A DNA stretch of 64,000 bases from an uncultured Chloroflexia bacterium (GTDB taxonomy: Bacteria > Chloroflexota > Anaerolineae > CG2-30-64-16). The stretch spans positions 64,001-128,000 of the forward strand of contig CAWEMM010000001.1 in the NCBI GenBank assembly GCA_963810095.1, in the 5' to 3' direction. Numbering within the stretch: the first letter of the stretch is position 1; every line of letters starts with the position of its first letter. Positions 35,279 through 45,200 of the stretch are shown here, one piece after another. The notes under the pieces are model-generated. The model was not told the DNA's origin, did no database searches, and saw only the letters and a list, made by a program, of their open reading frames with translations. The position numbers were made by a program, and so were the translations under genes.

Positions 35279-36307
35279 TTAACCGCGGTCCAGCGCCGCA
35301 AAGTCCATGTCGAGATACGGCACGTCGTGCTCGATCCGGGCTTTGCGGCCGCGCATGAAGGCGGCGGCCCACTCGTCGTCGATCAGTGAGACATCTCCGT
35401 CGGGAATCGCGAAGTCGCGGTAGATCACCGCGTACATCTCGATTTCACGCAGTTTCATGAACCACGGCAGTTCCGCCAGCCACCAGCGCTCCAACGCGTT
35501 CTCCTCCCGATACCCCCGCATGAAGTGGCTCAGGAAGTGCTCCGCGAATTCGGCGTTGTTTCGCTTGCCCATCGCAATGTAGAACAGCACCATCGCAATG
35601 TCGTTCGCGAAATAGTGGTAGCCGCAGTCGTCGAAATCGAAAAGTGTGAGCCGGCCGGCTGTGTCGACGTGCATGTTCGCGCCGTGCGCATCCTGGTGGG
35701 TCAGGCCGTAGGAATCCCGGCCGCGAGGGAGGCCGCGCACGTGGGTCAGGGCCTCCGCATAGCGCTCGCGGGCCAACTCCTCCCCGTCCGGCATGTAAGG
35801 GTCCACGTACATGAAGATCGGGTCGTCCCACTCCGGCCGCCGCCACTCGGGCCGGCTGGGCGCATAGTCCTTTGTCAGCGCGTGCATACGTCCGATCAGC
35901 CGGCCGTATGCCTCGAATAGCTCTGGCGTCCACCCGACGTTCCACGGCTGGTCGCCCTCCGCCTTAACGAACGCGGTGGCGTAGAATTGCCCACCCTGCC
36001 CATCTTCGATCGTTTCCACGAGGTTCCCGGCCGGCGAAGGAACGGCTCGAGCCACCCGGGCGCCGCCCCGAGCCAGATAATTGATCCAGTCGACCTCGCC
36101 GTAGATCAGTTCGGGCGTTCGGCGCAGGCTGTGGCTCAGCCGCAGAATGAAGGAGTGAGTCTGCCCGGCGGGGGCAGCTTTCTCGAACTCAAAGATGAAG
36201 CTCTCGAACGCGTCGAGCGGCCGGATCGCGCCGGGCGCGATGTGATAGCGCTCGGATGCGGCGTCCAGCACCTCAGGATGGTAGCGGTCGAGAATGCGTT
36301 TTTCCAC
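35279..36307 (-). CDS. APH-like small-molecule kinase (YerI/AmiN-like)
   Basis: ILRLSHSLRR..IYGEVDWINYL, GRLIGRMH, YGLTHQDAHGANM, LFDFDD, NDIA. Confidence 0.8.
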   Translation of the reverse strand: MEKRILDRYHPEVLDAASERYHIAPGAIRPLDAFESFIFEFEKAAPAGQTHSFILRLSHSLRRTPELIYGEVDWINYLARGGARVARAVPSPAGNLVETIEDGQGGQFYATAFVKAEGDQPWNVGWTPELFEAYGRLIGRMHALTKDYAPSRPEWRRPEWDDPIFMYVDPYMPDGEELARERYAEALTHVRGLPRGRDSYGLTHQDAHGANMHVDTAGRLTLFDFDDCGYHYFANDIAMVLFYIAMGKRNNAEFAEHFLSHFMRGYREENALERWWLAELPWFMKLREIEMYAVIYRDFAIPDGDVSLIDDEWAAAFMRGRKARIEHDVPYLDMDFAALDRG

Positions 36308-36414
36308 GTGTTGCTCCTGGTCCAGGGTGGCAGCGAGTGGGCAGTGTAGTGCTAAAATGGAGGAAAGCCAAACGCCTCGAGGCAGGTCGAACGGGGCTGC
36401 TTAGGAGTACACCG

Positions 36415-37203
36415 ATGACCACCTTGCGCCTGTACCAGGTCGATGCCTTCACCTGTAACCTGTTCGCCGGCAATCCTGCGGCCGTCTGCCCCCTGGAGAC
36501 GTGGCCGGAGGACGAGCTCCTGCAGGCTATCGCGCAGGAAAACAATCTCTCGGAGACGGCCTTCTTTGCGCCCGAAGGCGCCGGCTACCGTCTGCGATGG
36601 TTCACCCCCGTCAAAGAAGTCAGCCTGTGCGGCCACGCCACGCTTGCGTCTGCCTTTGTCATCTTCACGGAGTTGGAGCCCGACCGGCACATGGTGCGCT
36701 TCGAGACGGCCAGTGGTCCGCTGTTCGTGCAGCGCGACGGGGAGCGGATGGTGATTGACTTCCCCGCCCGGAAGCTCGAAGGGTGCGAGCCGCCGCCCGA
36801 GCTGATGCAGGGGATCCGAAAGGAACCGCGGGAACTGTGGACGGTGACGCCCGGTCGCAGCTTCGTCCTGGTGTACGAGCGGGAGGCGGAGGTGCGCGAG
36901 ATTTGGCCCGACTTCGGCGCGCTGGCCGCGTTGGGCCGGTCCGTCGCCATCACCGCGCCCGGCGACCACTCCGATTGCGCATCGCGCTACTTTGCCCCCC
37001 ATGCCGGCATCCCGGAAGACCCGGTCACCGGTTCGATCCACTGTGCGCTGGTGCCGTACTGGGCTGCGCGGCTGGGCAAGCGGGAGATTTACGCCCGGCA
37101 GGTGTCGCGGCGGGGAGGTGAACTGTTCTGCGAGGACAACGGGCCGCGCGTCAAGATCGCCGGGTACGCGGTGAAGTACATGGAAGGCGTCCTGGAGCTG
37201 TGA
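36415..37203 (+). CDS. PhzF-family isomerase/epimerase
   Basis: YQVDAFT..GNPAAV, ENNLSETAF, LRWFTP..EVSLCGHATLA, EDPVTGS. Confidence 0.93.
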   Translation: MTTLRLYQVDAFTCNLFAGNPAAVCPLETWPEDELLQAIAQENNLSETAFFAPEGAGYRLRWFTPVKEVSLCGHATLASAFVIFTELEPDRHMVRFETASGPLFVQRDGERMVIDFPARKLEGCEPPPELMQGIRKEPRELWTVTPGRSFVLVYEREAEVREIWPDFGALAALGRSVAITAPGDHSDCASRYFAPHAGIPEDPVTGSIHCALVPYWAARLGKREIYARQVSRRGGELFCEDNGPRVKIAGYAVKYMEGVLEL

Positions 37204-37304
37204 CCCGGCCGCGCAGCAGCGTGCGCGCATACCGTAACTTACGTCACTGCCAGGCGCCCCAGGCTGTGGCATGCTCACGACTATCCCGATAAGGAGCACT
37301 GCCG

Positions 37305-37772
37305 ATGCAGAAAGTCACGCCGTTCTTGTGGTTCAACGGGCAGGCTGAAGAGGCGGCCAAGTTCTACACGTCCATCTTCAAGAATGCAACGATCACGAGC
37401 GTCAACCGCATGGATGACACGCCGAGCGGGAATGTCAGCGTCGTCGCGTTCGAGCTCGACGGCCAGCCCTTCATGGCGCTCAACGCCGGACCCGAGTTTT
37501 CTTTTACCCCGGCCATCTCGCTTTACGTCAACTGCGACACGCAGGAAGAGGTCGACTACTTCTGGTCGCGGCTCACGGAGGGCGGCCAGGAAGAACAGTG
37601 CGGGTGGCTGCGCGACAAGTTCGGCCTCTCGTGGCAGATCGTGCCGGCCGAGCTGGGTCAGTACATCGGCGGGCCCGACCCTGAAGGCGCGCGCCGAGCG
37701 ACGCAGGCCATGCTGGGGATGGTGAAGCTCGACATTGCCGGCCTCCGCCGCGCCTACGAGGGTGAGGGCTAG
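37305..37772 (+). CDS. VOC family protein (PhnB/3-demethylubiquinone-9 methyltransferase-like)
   Basis: MQKVTPFLWFNGQAEEAAKFY, CGWLRDKFGLSWQIVP. Confidence 0.92.
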   Translation: MQKVTPFLWFNGQAEEAAKFYTSIFKNATITSVNRMDDTPSGNVSVVAFELDGQPFMALNAGPEFSFTPAISLYVNCDTQEEVDYFWSRLTEGGQEEQCGWLRDKFGLSWQIVPAELGQYIGGPDPEGARRATQAMLGMVKLDIAGLRRAYEGEG

Positions 37773-37824
37773 ACCTGCCCACACCTTCGAGCCCGCCTTC
37801 GCTTCGTCGGAGGGATGGGACGCC

Positions 37825-38391
37825 GTGATTGAGATTGTACCTTACCGCGACCAATGGCCCGCGGAGTTCCGGGCCTTGGCTGCGCCCATTCGGCGCGGCC
37901 TGGGCCCCCTCGCACTGCGGATCGACCACATCGGCTCTACGGCTGTGCCGGGGCTGGCGGCCAAAGACATCGTCGACATGCAGATCACGGTCGCCCGCCT
38001 CGAGCGCGCGCTCGAAGCCGCGCTCAACACGGCCGGCTATGAGAGGGTCGAACGCATCACTCAAGACCATGTGCCGCCGGCCGGGCCCGCCGACCCCGCA
38101 CAGTGGACCAAGTGGTACTTCAAGCCCGCGATCGGGCAGCGCGTCCACGTGCACGTGCGGGTGGCCGGGCGGCCGAACCAGCGTTACCCGCTGCTCTTCC
38201 GCGACTACCTGCGCAGCGACGCGGCGGCCCGCGACGCGTACGCGCAGGTCAAGCAGGCGCTCGCCCGCCTGCACCCCAACGACAAGGACGCCTATTACGA
38301 CGTGAAGGACCCCGTGTGCGACCTCATTGTGGCCGCGGCCGAATGCTGGGCGGCAGCCACCGGCTGGGCGCCGGAAGCCTCGGATTTCTAG
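37825..38391 (+). CDS. GrpB/UPF0157 family nucleotidyltransferase-fold protein
   Basis: IEIVPY..WP, IDHIGSTAVPGLAAKDIVD, HVHVR, LFRDYLR, Y.QVK. Confidence 0.9.
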   Translation: MIEIVPYRDQWPAEFRALAAPIRRGLGPLALRIDHIGSTAVPGLAAKDIVDMQITVARLERALEAALNTAGYERVERITQDHVPPAGPADPAQWTKWYFKPAIGQRVHVHVRVAGRPNQRYPLLFRDYLRSDAAARDAYAQVKQALARLHPNDKDAYYDVKDPVCDLIVAAAECWAAATGWAPEASDF

Positions 38392-38444
38392 CGCCGGGGT
38401 CCGTCGTTCGCGTCGCTCTTGCGTAGCAAATATGACGAACGTTC

Positions 38445-38473
38445 TTGCCACGTTCCGCGCTTTCGAGTAGAGT
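38445..38473 (+). promoter_or_regulatory. sigma70-like promoter for the serine cluster
   Basis: TTGCCA-17bp-TAGAGT, about 60 nt upstream of the ATG with RBS AGGAGA. Confidence 0.55.
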
Positions 38474-38533
38474 TAATCCATACCCCAGACAGGGCGGCAG
38501 CGCCCCTAAATCCACCTCGAAGGAGACGTGGCT

Positions 38534-39598
38534 ATGCACAAGAAGCTGTTCATCCCCGGGCCAACGGAAGTGCGGGAGGAGATCCTGCAGGCCATGGCCA
38601 CCCCGATGATCGGTCACCGCTCCTCGGCCTATGCCGAGTTGCACCAGCGAGTCGAAGAGAAGGTCAAGAAGCTGCTGAACGCCGAACGGCGGGTGTTCCT
38701 GTTTACCTCCGCGTCCACCGGCGTGATGGAAGGTGCGATCCGCAACTGCGTTGGGAAGAAGGTGCTTAACACCCTCAACGGCGAGTTCTCCCGGCGCTGG
38801 TTCGAAATTGCGAAGAGCTGTGGCGTTGCGACCGGCACGGTGGAAGTTGAGCCGGGCAAGGCGGTCACGCCCGAGTTGGTCGATGCAGCCCTGGCAACCG
38901 GCGAGTATGATACACTCTGCCTGACCTACAACGAGACCTCCACCGGCATCCTCGGACCTGTGCCCGAGATCGCCAAGATGGCGCGCGCGAAGTATCCCGA
39001 CGTCATCATCATGGTCGACGCGGTGTCTTGCATGGCAGGTACGCCCATCGACTTCGACGGCTGGGGGCTGGACGTCTGCCTGGCCGGCGTGCAGAAGTGC
39101 TTTGCCCTGCCGCCCGGGTTCGCCGTTTGTGCGGTCAGCGAGCGCGCTTTCGAGCGCGCCAAGACCATCCCGAATCGCGGCTACTACTTCGACTTCATCG
39201 AGAACGAAAAGTATGCGGTCAAGTTCAACACCCCCGCCACTCCCGGCATCAGCTTCCTCTACGCGCTCGACAAACAGATGGACTGCATGTTTGCCGAGGG
39301 GTTGGAGAACCGCTATGCCCGCCACCTGGACATGGCCCGGTTCACCCGGGAGTGGGGCAAGAAGCATTTTGGGCTGTTCGGCGACGAGAACTATTTGTCC
39401 CCGACGATCACGCAAATCGTGAACAACGGCTTCGACTTCAGCGCGCTGAACAAAGAGCTCGGCAAGCGGGGCGCGCAGATCTCAGACGGCTACGGTCCGT
39501 TCAAGGGCAAGACTTTCCGGATCGGCCACATGGGCGACCTGACCCTCGCCGACATCACCTGGCTGACCGGCGAGATTGACGACATTCTAAAACTATAG
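38534..39598 (+). CDS. Class V PLP aminotransferase (AGT/archaeal-type phosphoserine aminotransferase)
   Basis: KLFIPGPT, IGHRS, NETSTG, VDAVS, GVQK (PLP lysine), FRIGHMG; adjacent to serA. Confidence 0.88.
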   Translation: MHKKLFIPGPTEVREEILQAMATPMIGHRSSAYAELHQRVEEKVKKLLNAERRVFLFTSASTGVMEGAIRNCVGKKVLNTLNGEFSRRWFEIAKSCGVATGTVEVEPGKAVTPELVDAALATGEYDTLCLTYNETSTGILGPVPEIAKMARAKYPDVIIMVDAVSCMAGTPIDFDGWGLDVCLAGVQKCFALPPGFAVCAVSERAFERAKTIPNRGYYFDFIENEKYAVKFNTPATPGISFLYALDKQMDCMFAEGLENRYARHLDMARFTREWGKKHFGLFGDENYLSPTITQIVNNGFDFSALNKELGKRGAQISDGYGPFKGKTFRIGHMGDLTLADITWLTGEIDDILKL

Positions 39599-39606
39599 GC
39601 TGACGC

Positions 39607-39690
39607 AACCACGAAGAACCGAAGACCCGAAGGTTCACAAAGGCTTCAAGCAGACTTGGTGAACCTTTGGTTCTTCGTGTCCTGGTGGTT
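39607..39690 (+). repeat. Intergenic palindromic element, subfamily A
   Basis: 36-nt arms: aaccacgaagaaccgaagacccgaaggttcacaaag versus reverse complement of right arm aaccaccaggacacgaagaaccaaaggttcaccaag. Confidence 0.88.
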
Positions 39691-39718
39691 CCGGCACCGC
39701 CGCAATAGGAGAAGTGCA

Positions 39719-40630
39719 ATGAAGGTATTGGTTTGCGATTCGATTTCGCCGCGCGCGGTGGAGCGCATGCGGAAGGCCGGGCTGGACGTCGACGTCGACG
39801 ACAAGATTACGCCCGAGGATCTGCTCCAGAAGATCGGCCCCTACGACGCGATGGTCGTCCGCTCTCGGACAAAGGTCCGCAAGCAGGTCATCGACTGCGC
39901 GACGAATCTGAAGGTCGTGGTGCGCGGCGGCGTGGGCGTGGACAACATCGACGTCGCATACGCCGAGGCGAAGGGCATCCGCATTATGAACACGCCCGGC
40001 GCCAGCACGCACGCGGTCGCAGAGTTGGCGGTGGCCTACATTTTCGCGCTGGCCAGGCCCATTGTGCAGGCGACCGAGTCGATGCGCGGGGGCTTGTGGG
40101 AGAAGTCGAAGTTCGAAGGCATCGAGGTAGCCGGCAAGGTGCTGGGCATCATCGGCATGGGCCGGATCGGCCTGGCGCTGGCGCAGCGCGCGGCCGCGAT
40201 CGGCATGCTGGTGCTCGGCTACGACAGCCGCACGGTGGGCGCCGCGCCCTTCATGCAAATGGTCGAGCTCGACGAATTGCTGGCCAAGAGCGACTTCCTC
40301 TCGCTGCACATCCCGCTGACCGAGTCGTCGAAGCACATGCTTAACGCCGAGATGTTCGCCAAGATGAAGCAGGGCGTCCGCATTGTGGACTGCGCCCGCG
40401 GCGGCGTGATCGACGAACAGGCGCTGTACGACGCTATCGTGGCCGGCAAGGTCGCCGGCGCGGCGCTTGACGTCTTCGAGAACGAACCGCTGACCGATCG
40501 CAAGCTCTTCGAGCTTTCGCAGGTGATCGGCTCGCCGCACGTGGGCGCCGCAACCAAAGAAGCGACAGGCCGCATCGGCGACGAAGTGGCCGACCTTCTG
40601 ATTGGAGTCAGCCAGGAACCCTGTAGCTGA
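39719..40630 (+). CDS. serA: D-3-phosphoglycerate dehydrogenase, short form without an ACT domain
   Basis: VVRSRTKV, RGGVGVDNID, GIIGMGRIG, CARGG, ALDVFENEP, SPHVGAAT. Confidence 0.85.
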   Translation: MKVLVCDSISPRAVERMRKAGLDVDVDDKITPEDLLQKIGPYDAMVVRSRTKVRKQVIDCATNLKVVVRGGVGVDNIDVAYAEAKGIRIMNTPGASTHAVAELAVAYIFALARPIVQATESMRGGLWEKSKFEGIEVAGKVLGIIGMGRIGLALAQRAAAIGMLVLGYDSRTVGAAPFMQMVELDELLAKSDFLSLHIPLTESSKHMLNAEMFAKMKQGVRIVDCARGGVIDEQALYDAIVAGKVAGAALDVFENEPLTDRKLFELSQVIGSPHVGAATKEATGRIGDEVADLLIGVSQEPCS

Positions 40631-40635
40631 AAGCC

Positions 40636-40726
40636 AAATGGGACGCAGATTGAACCGATCGAACTGATCTGCCTGATCTTACAGTATCATGAGGATCAGT
40701 TCGATCGATCAGATCAGCGTCCTTTT
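40636..40726 (+). repeat. Intergenic palindromic element, subfamily B (GGGACGCRGATTGAAC...)
   Basis: Arms ggacgcagattgaaccgatcgaactgatc / gatcagttcgatcgatcagatcagcgtcc; 9-nt period; homologous to the 61792 element. Confidence 0.85.
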
Positions 40727-40749
40727 CCCGATCCAGTAAAGAGCAAAAC

Positions 40750-42108
40750 ATGACCAAAGGCGTTCAGATTCCCACTGTTCTCCTCCCGCGTCCTGGCGTC
40801 GACCTGTCCAAATGGGCAGTCATCGCTTGTGACCAGTTCACCTCCGAGCCGGAGTACTGGGCCGAAGTGGCCCGCATCGTCGGCGACGCACCCTCCACTT
40901 ATCACATCACGCTGCCCGAAGCCTACCTGGACACGCCCGAGGAACCGGCACGCGTGCAGTCCATTAAGGACACGATGCACGAGTACCTCAACCAGCGGCT
41001 GTTCGAGGCGTTCCAGGGGATCGTGCTGGTCGAACGCTCGGTGGCCTCGGGCGACCAGAGCAGCGCGAAAACCCGCCACGGGATCATGCTGGCGCTCGAC
41101 CTGGAGCAATACGACTACGCGAAGGGTTCGACAAGCTTGATCCGTGCGACGGAGGGCACGATCCTAGAGCGTATCCCACCGCGCGTGCGGATTCGGTCGG
41201 GCGCGCCGCTTGAGCTGCCGCACATCCTCGTCCTGATCGACGACCCCGAAGGCACCGTCATCGAGCCGCTGGTCGCCCGGCAGTCTGTCCTGCGCCAGCT
41301 GTACGATTTCGACCTCATGCTGGGCAGCGGCCATCTCGCCGGGTACGCGGTGGACGACGACCGGGCGACGGCCGGCGTGCTCGCCGCGCTGGGCGCCCTG
41401 GGCGAGCCTGAGACGTTTGCGGCCAAGTACGGCCTGCCCGGGAGTACGCCCCCCATGGTCTTTGCCATGGGCGACGGGAATCACTCCCTCGCGACGGCGA
41501 AGGCGATCTGGGAGGACCTGAAGAGTGAGGTCGGCGCCGCTGCCTCCGGCAGCGCAGACCACCCGGCCCGCTACGCGTTGGTCGAGATCGAGAACATCCA
41601 CGACGAGGGGTTGGAGTTCGAGCCCATCTTCCGCGTGCTCTTCGACGTGAAGCAGGACCTGCGCGAGGCGCTGGATCGCTTCTACCCGGATCGTTTCAAG
41701 CTGGTGCAGGCGGCAAACTGCGACGCGATGAAGACGCTGGTGGACGAGGACAAGCCGGGGGGGCCGCAGGCCATCGGCGTGATCGGCCACGACGGGTACG
41801 AAGTGCTGTACGTCAGCCAGCCGCCGTCCAACCTGCCCGTGGGCACCCTCCAGCAGTTCCTGGATGCCTGGGGCAAGGGCGCCATTACCGGATCGGCCGG
41901 CTTCGGCAAGATCGATTACGTCCATGGCCTGGACGTGACCGAACGCCTGGGTTCGCAGGCGGGGAACCTGGGCTTCTATTTGCCCGCCATCGACAAGTCC
42001 AGCTTCTTCAAGACAGTCATCGTCGACGGGGCTCTCCCGCGCAAGACTTTCTCGATGGGCGAGGCCAAGGAGAAACGCTTCTACATGGAGGCTCGGCAGA
42101 TCGTCTAG
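40750..42108 (+). CDS. DUF1015 family protein
   Basis: KWAVIACDQFTS, IRATEGTI.ERIPPR, LELPHIL, FAMGDGNHSLATAK, GALPRKTFSMG. Confidence 0.88.
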   Translation: MTKGVQIPTVLLPRPGVDLSKWAVIACDQFTSEPEYWAEVARIVGDAPSTYHITLPEAYLDTPEEPARVQSIKDTMHEYLNQRLFEAFQGIVLVERSVASGDQSSAKTRHGIMLALDLEQYDYAKGSTSLIRATEGTILERIPPRVRIRSGAPLELPHILVLIDDPEGTVIEPLVARQSVLRQLYDFDLMLGSGHLAGYAVDDDRATAGVLAALGALGEPETFAAKYGLPGSTPPMVFAMGDGNHSLATAKAIWEDLKSEVGAAASGSADHPARYALVEIENIHDEGLEFEPIFRVLFDVKQDLREALDRFYPDRFKLVQAANCDAMKTLVDEDKPGGPQAIGVIGHDGYEVLYVSQPPSNLPVGTLQQFLDAWGKGAITGSAGFGKIDYVHGLDVTERLGSQAGNLGFYLPAIDKSSFFKTVIVDGALPRKTFSMGEAKEKRFYMEARQIV

Positions 42109-42277
42109 GGGCATTGTTCAGACACCCTCGCACGACCTTATCGGTCTCAGCAAGCCCCACGCCCAATCCTTTAGCACGGACGTGGTACAAGCCGGCAGAC
42201 GGTTCGCTTCACCCAGGCGGGTGACTCCAACTCCATACGACAGGTCAACCCATTTTCAGCCAGAGGAGGCAGGAAAG

Positions 42278-45200
42278 ATGTCAGGTCGTAGCGGTAAGCT
42301 CTATCGGTCGCTCAGCCTCATGATCGCGGTCATGATGCTGCTGTCGCTGGTCGGCGGGAGCGCGTTCGCAGCCCCCCTCGCCCAACCTGCGGCTCCGGTA
42401 ACCTTTACCATCCTTCACACGAATGATTTCCACGGTCAGCTCGAAGCGTCCGGGAGCAATCCCGGCATGGCGCGCACCGCTGCGGTCGCGAACAGTATCC
42501 GCGGCACCGTCGGTGCAGCGAACGTACTGCTCGTCGATATCGGCGACGAAATGCAGGGCTCGCTGCTCTCGAACCTGCAGCGAGGCGTGCCGGTCATCGC
42601 CACATACAACACGATGAAGTACGATGTGGCGACGTTCGGCAATCACGAGTTCGACTGGGGCCAGGAAACGCTGGGCGCGCGCACGGGCGAGGCCAACTAC
42701 CCCTACGTGACCGCCAATATCGTGAAGAACGACACCGGCAATTGCACCACCGCCGGCTGGACCAAGCCCGACTTCGCGGACGCGCCGTACCAGATCAAGG
42801 ACGTCGCGGGCATTAAAGTCGGCTTCATCGGCGTGACCACGCAGGAAGTCCCGGCGATTACCATCGCTGCGGCGACCGCGGGCCTCTGCTTCAAGGACCC
42901 GGCCGAATCGATCGTCCACTACTACGATCAGATGAAGGCCGAGGGCGCCAACGTCATCGTCGTGATGAGCCACCTCGGGTTCAACGACGGGGGCTACGGC
43001 TACGGCATCCCGATCTACGGCGACAAGACGCTGGCCCAACGCTTGATCTCGGCGGGCAAGCCGGCCAACCTGATCATCGGCGGCCACAGCCACACCGACA
43101 TGTCTGCCAGCGGCGCCACCGTCATCGGCAAGACCACGATCGTGCAGGCGTACTACAACGGCCGCCAGCTCGGCCAGGCCGACCTCTCGTTTGACCCCGG
43201 CACCGGCGAAACCACCGTCGCCTGGAAGACCAACAAGGTCAGCACGACTGGGCCGGAAGACCCGGACGTTAAGGCCGTCATCGCCGCCTATGCCAACGAC
43301 CCGGCCTACCTCGCGCTCGTGAATCAGCCGGTCGGGTACGCGGCAGGTCGACCTCCTGCGCGACTATAACGGCGACAACATGATGGGCAACTTCGTCGAC
43401 GACGCGATCTACGGCGCGCTGAACGGCGACACCGAGCCCAAGAACGACATCGACCTGTTCTTCAACAACGCGGGCGGCATCCGCATCGAATGGTGCGACA
43501 AGGAAGATCCCGCGAACCCGGGCAAGTACATCTGGACGAGCGCGGCCGCGGATTGCCAGAAGGAAGGCATCTGGAACCACGCCCCCATGCTGCTGAACTA
43601 CGGGCAGATGTTCCAGATCCTGCCGTTCGGCAACGCGACCGTCGTGGGCGACATGACCGGCGCACAGATCCTCGAGGTCTTGCACCAGGCCGCCACGCTG
43701 GGCAAGGGCGCGATCCAGCCCGCCGGCCTGCGCTATTCATTCTTCCGCTACTCCGATTCGCTGCCCGGCCCTCAGCCGTACGCCTGGGGTGCGTTCGACT
43801 ACTGCGTGGTCAACAAGACCACCAAAGCCTGCGAACCGCTCGACATGGCCAAGACCTACAAGGTCGGCACGAACGAGTTCCTGGCCCCGGCCGGCGGCGA
43901 CAACTTCACCGGCTTCAAGTACATGAAGAACATCAGCTACTGGGGCGACATGCTGAATGCGGTGAACGCGTTCGTAGCTGCCAACTTCACCGAGGCCAAC
44001 CCGTACAAGGGCCCCAATGGCGACGGCAAGCTCGACGGCCGCATCACCCGCAACGGCACCGATGCGGGCGGCGACATTGTCCCCGTAACGGTCCTGCACC
44101 ACAACGACTCGCACGGCCGCCTGCTCAAGTCGACCTCGGCCGACGGCAAGACCGTCTACCAGGGCCTGAGCCAACTGGCGACCGTCATCAAGCAGGAACG
44201 CGCGCACAACCCGAACCGCACCCTCCTGTTCTCCCTGGGCGACAACATCCAGGGCGACTCGATGATGTACTACTTCAAGAACGCGGGCGCGGGCACCACG
44301 GCCGACCGGCAGCCGCTGCCGCCCAACCTGTGGATCAACCCGTTCGTCGCCGTGATGAACAGCCTGAACTACAACGGCATGGTCCTCGGCAACCACGAGT
44401 TCAACTTCGGCCCGACCGTGTTCCAGAGCGCGTTCAGCAAGGCGGCATTCCCGCTGCTGGGCGCGAACATGAGCGACACCGGCGCGTACGGCGTGAACAA
44501 GGTCGGCCTTGACCCGGTTGCGAAGGCCGCGAGCGTCATGGTCAACGTCCACGACGGCCTGGAGTTCCAGCTGCCGTCGGGCGGCCCTTACCCGATCAAG
44601 GTCGGGTTCCTCGGCCTCACCAACCACCGGGTGCCCAACTACGAGCTCCCGAGCAACATCCCGGGCCTGACCTTCACCGACCCGATCGAGAAGGCCAAGG
44701 AACTCGTCCCGGTGCTCGAATCGCGCAACGAGGCCGTCGTGGCGCTGACGCACATCGGCTTCACCGAAGACCCGAAGAGCGTCGAGGTCGACAAGAACGT
44801 CGACACGAACCTGGCGGCGAACGTCGCGGGCATCGACGCGATCATCGGCGCCACAGCCACACCAACCCGACCACGGCCTCGGCGCCCTACAAGCAGCTGC
44901 CGGCGTTCGTGGCCGGGCCCAACAATGTACCCGTGCTCGTCAACCAGGCCTATCGCTACAACACCTTCCTGGGCGAAGTCGTGCTGGGCTTCATGCCCCA
45001 GCCGGGTGGGTTCAAGCTCATCTCGGTCGCGGGCCGCGATCTGGCGATTGCGACGGACACGGCGGAAGATCCGATCGTCAAGGGGATCGTCGATCCGTAC
45101 CAGACGATCATCAATGCTTACAACAACACCGAGATCGGCAAGACGTTGACCCCGATCGACACGCTGAAGGCCTTCACCGAGGAGACCAACGGCGGCAACC

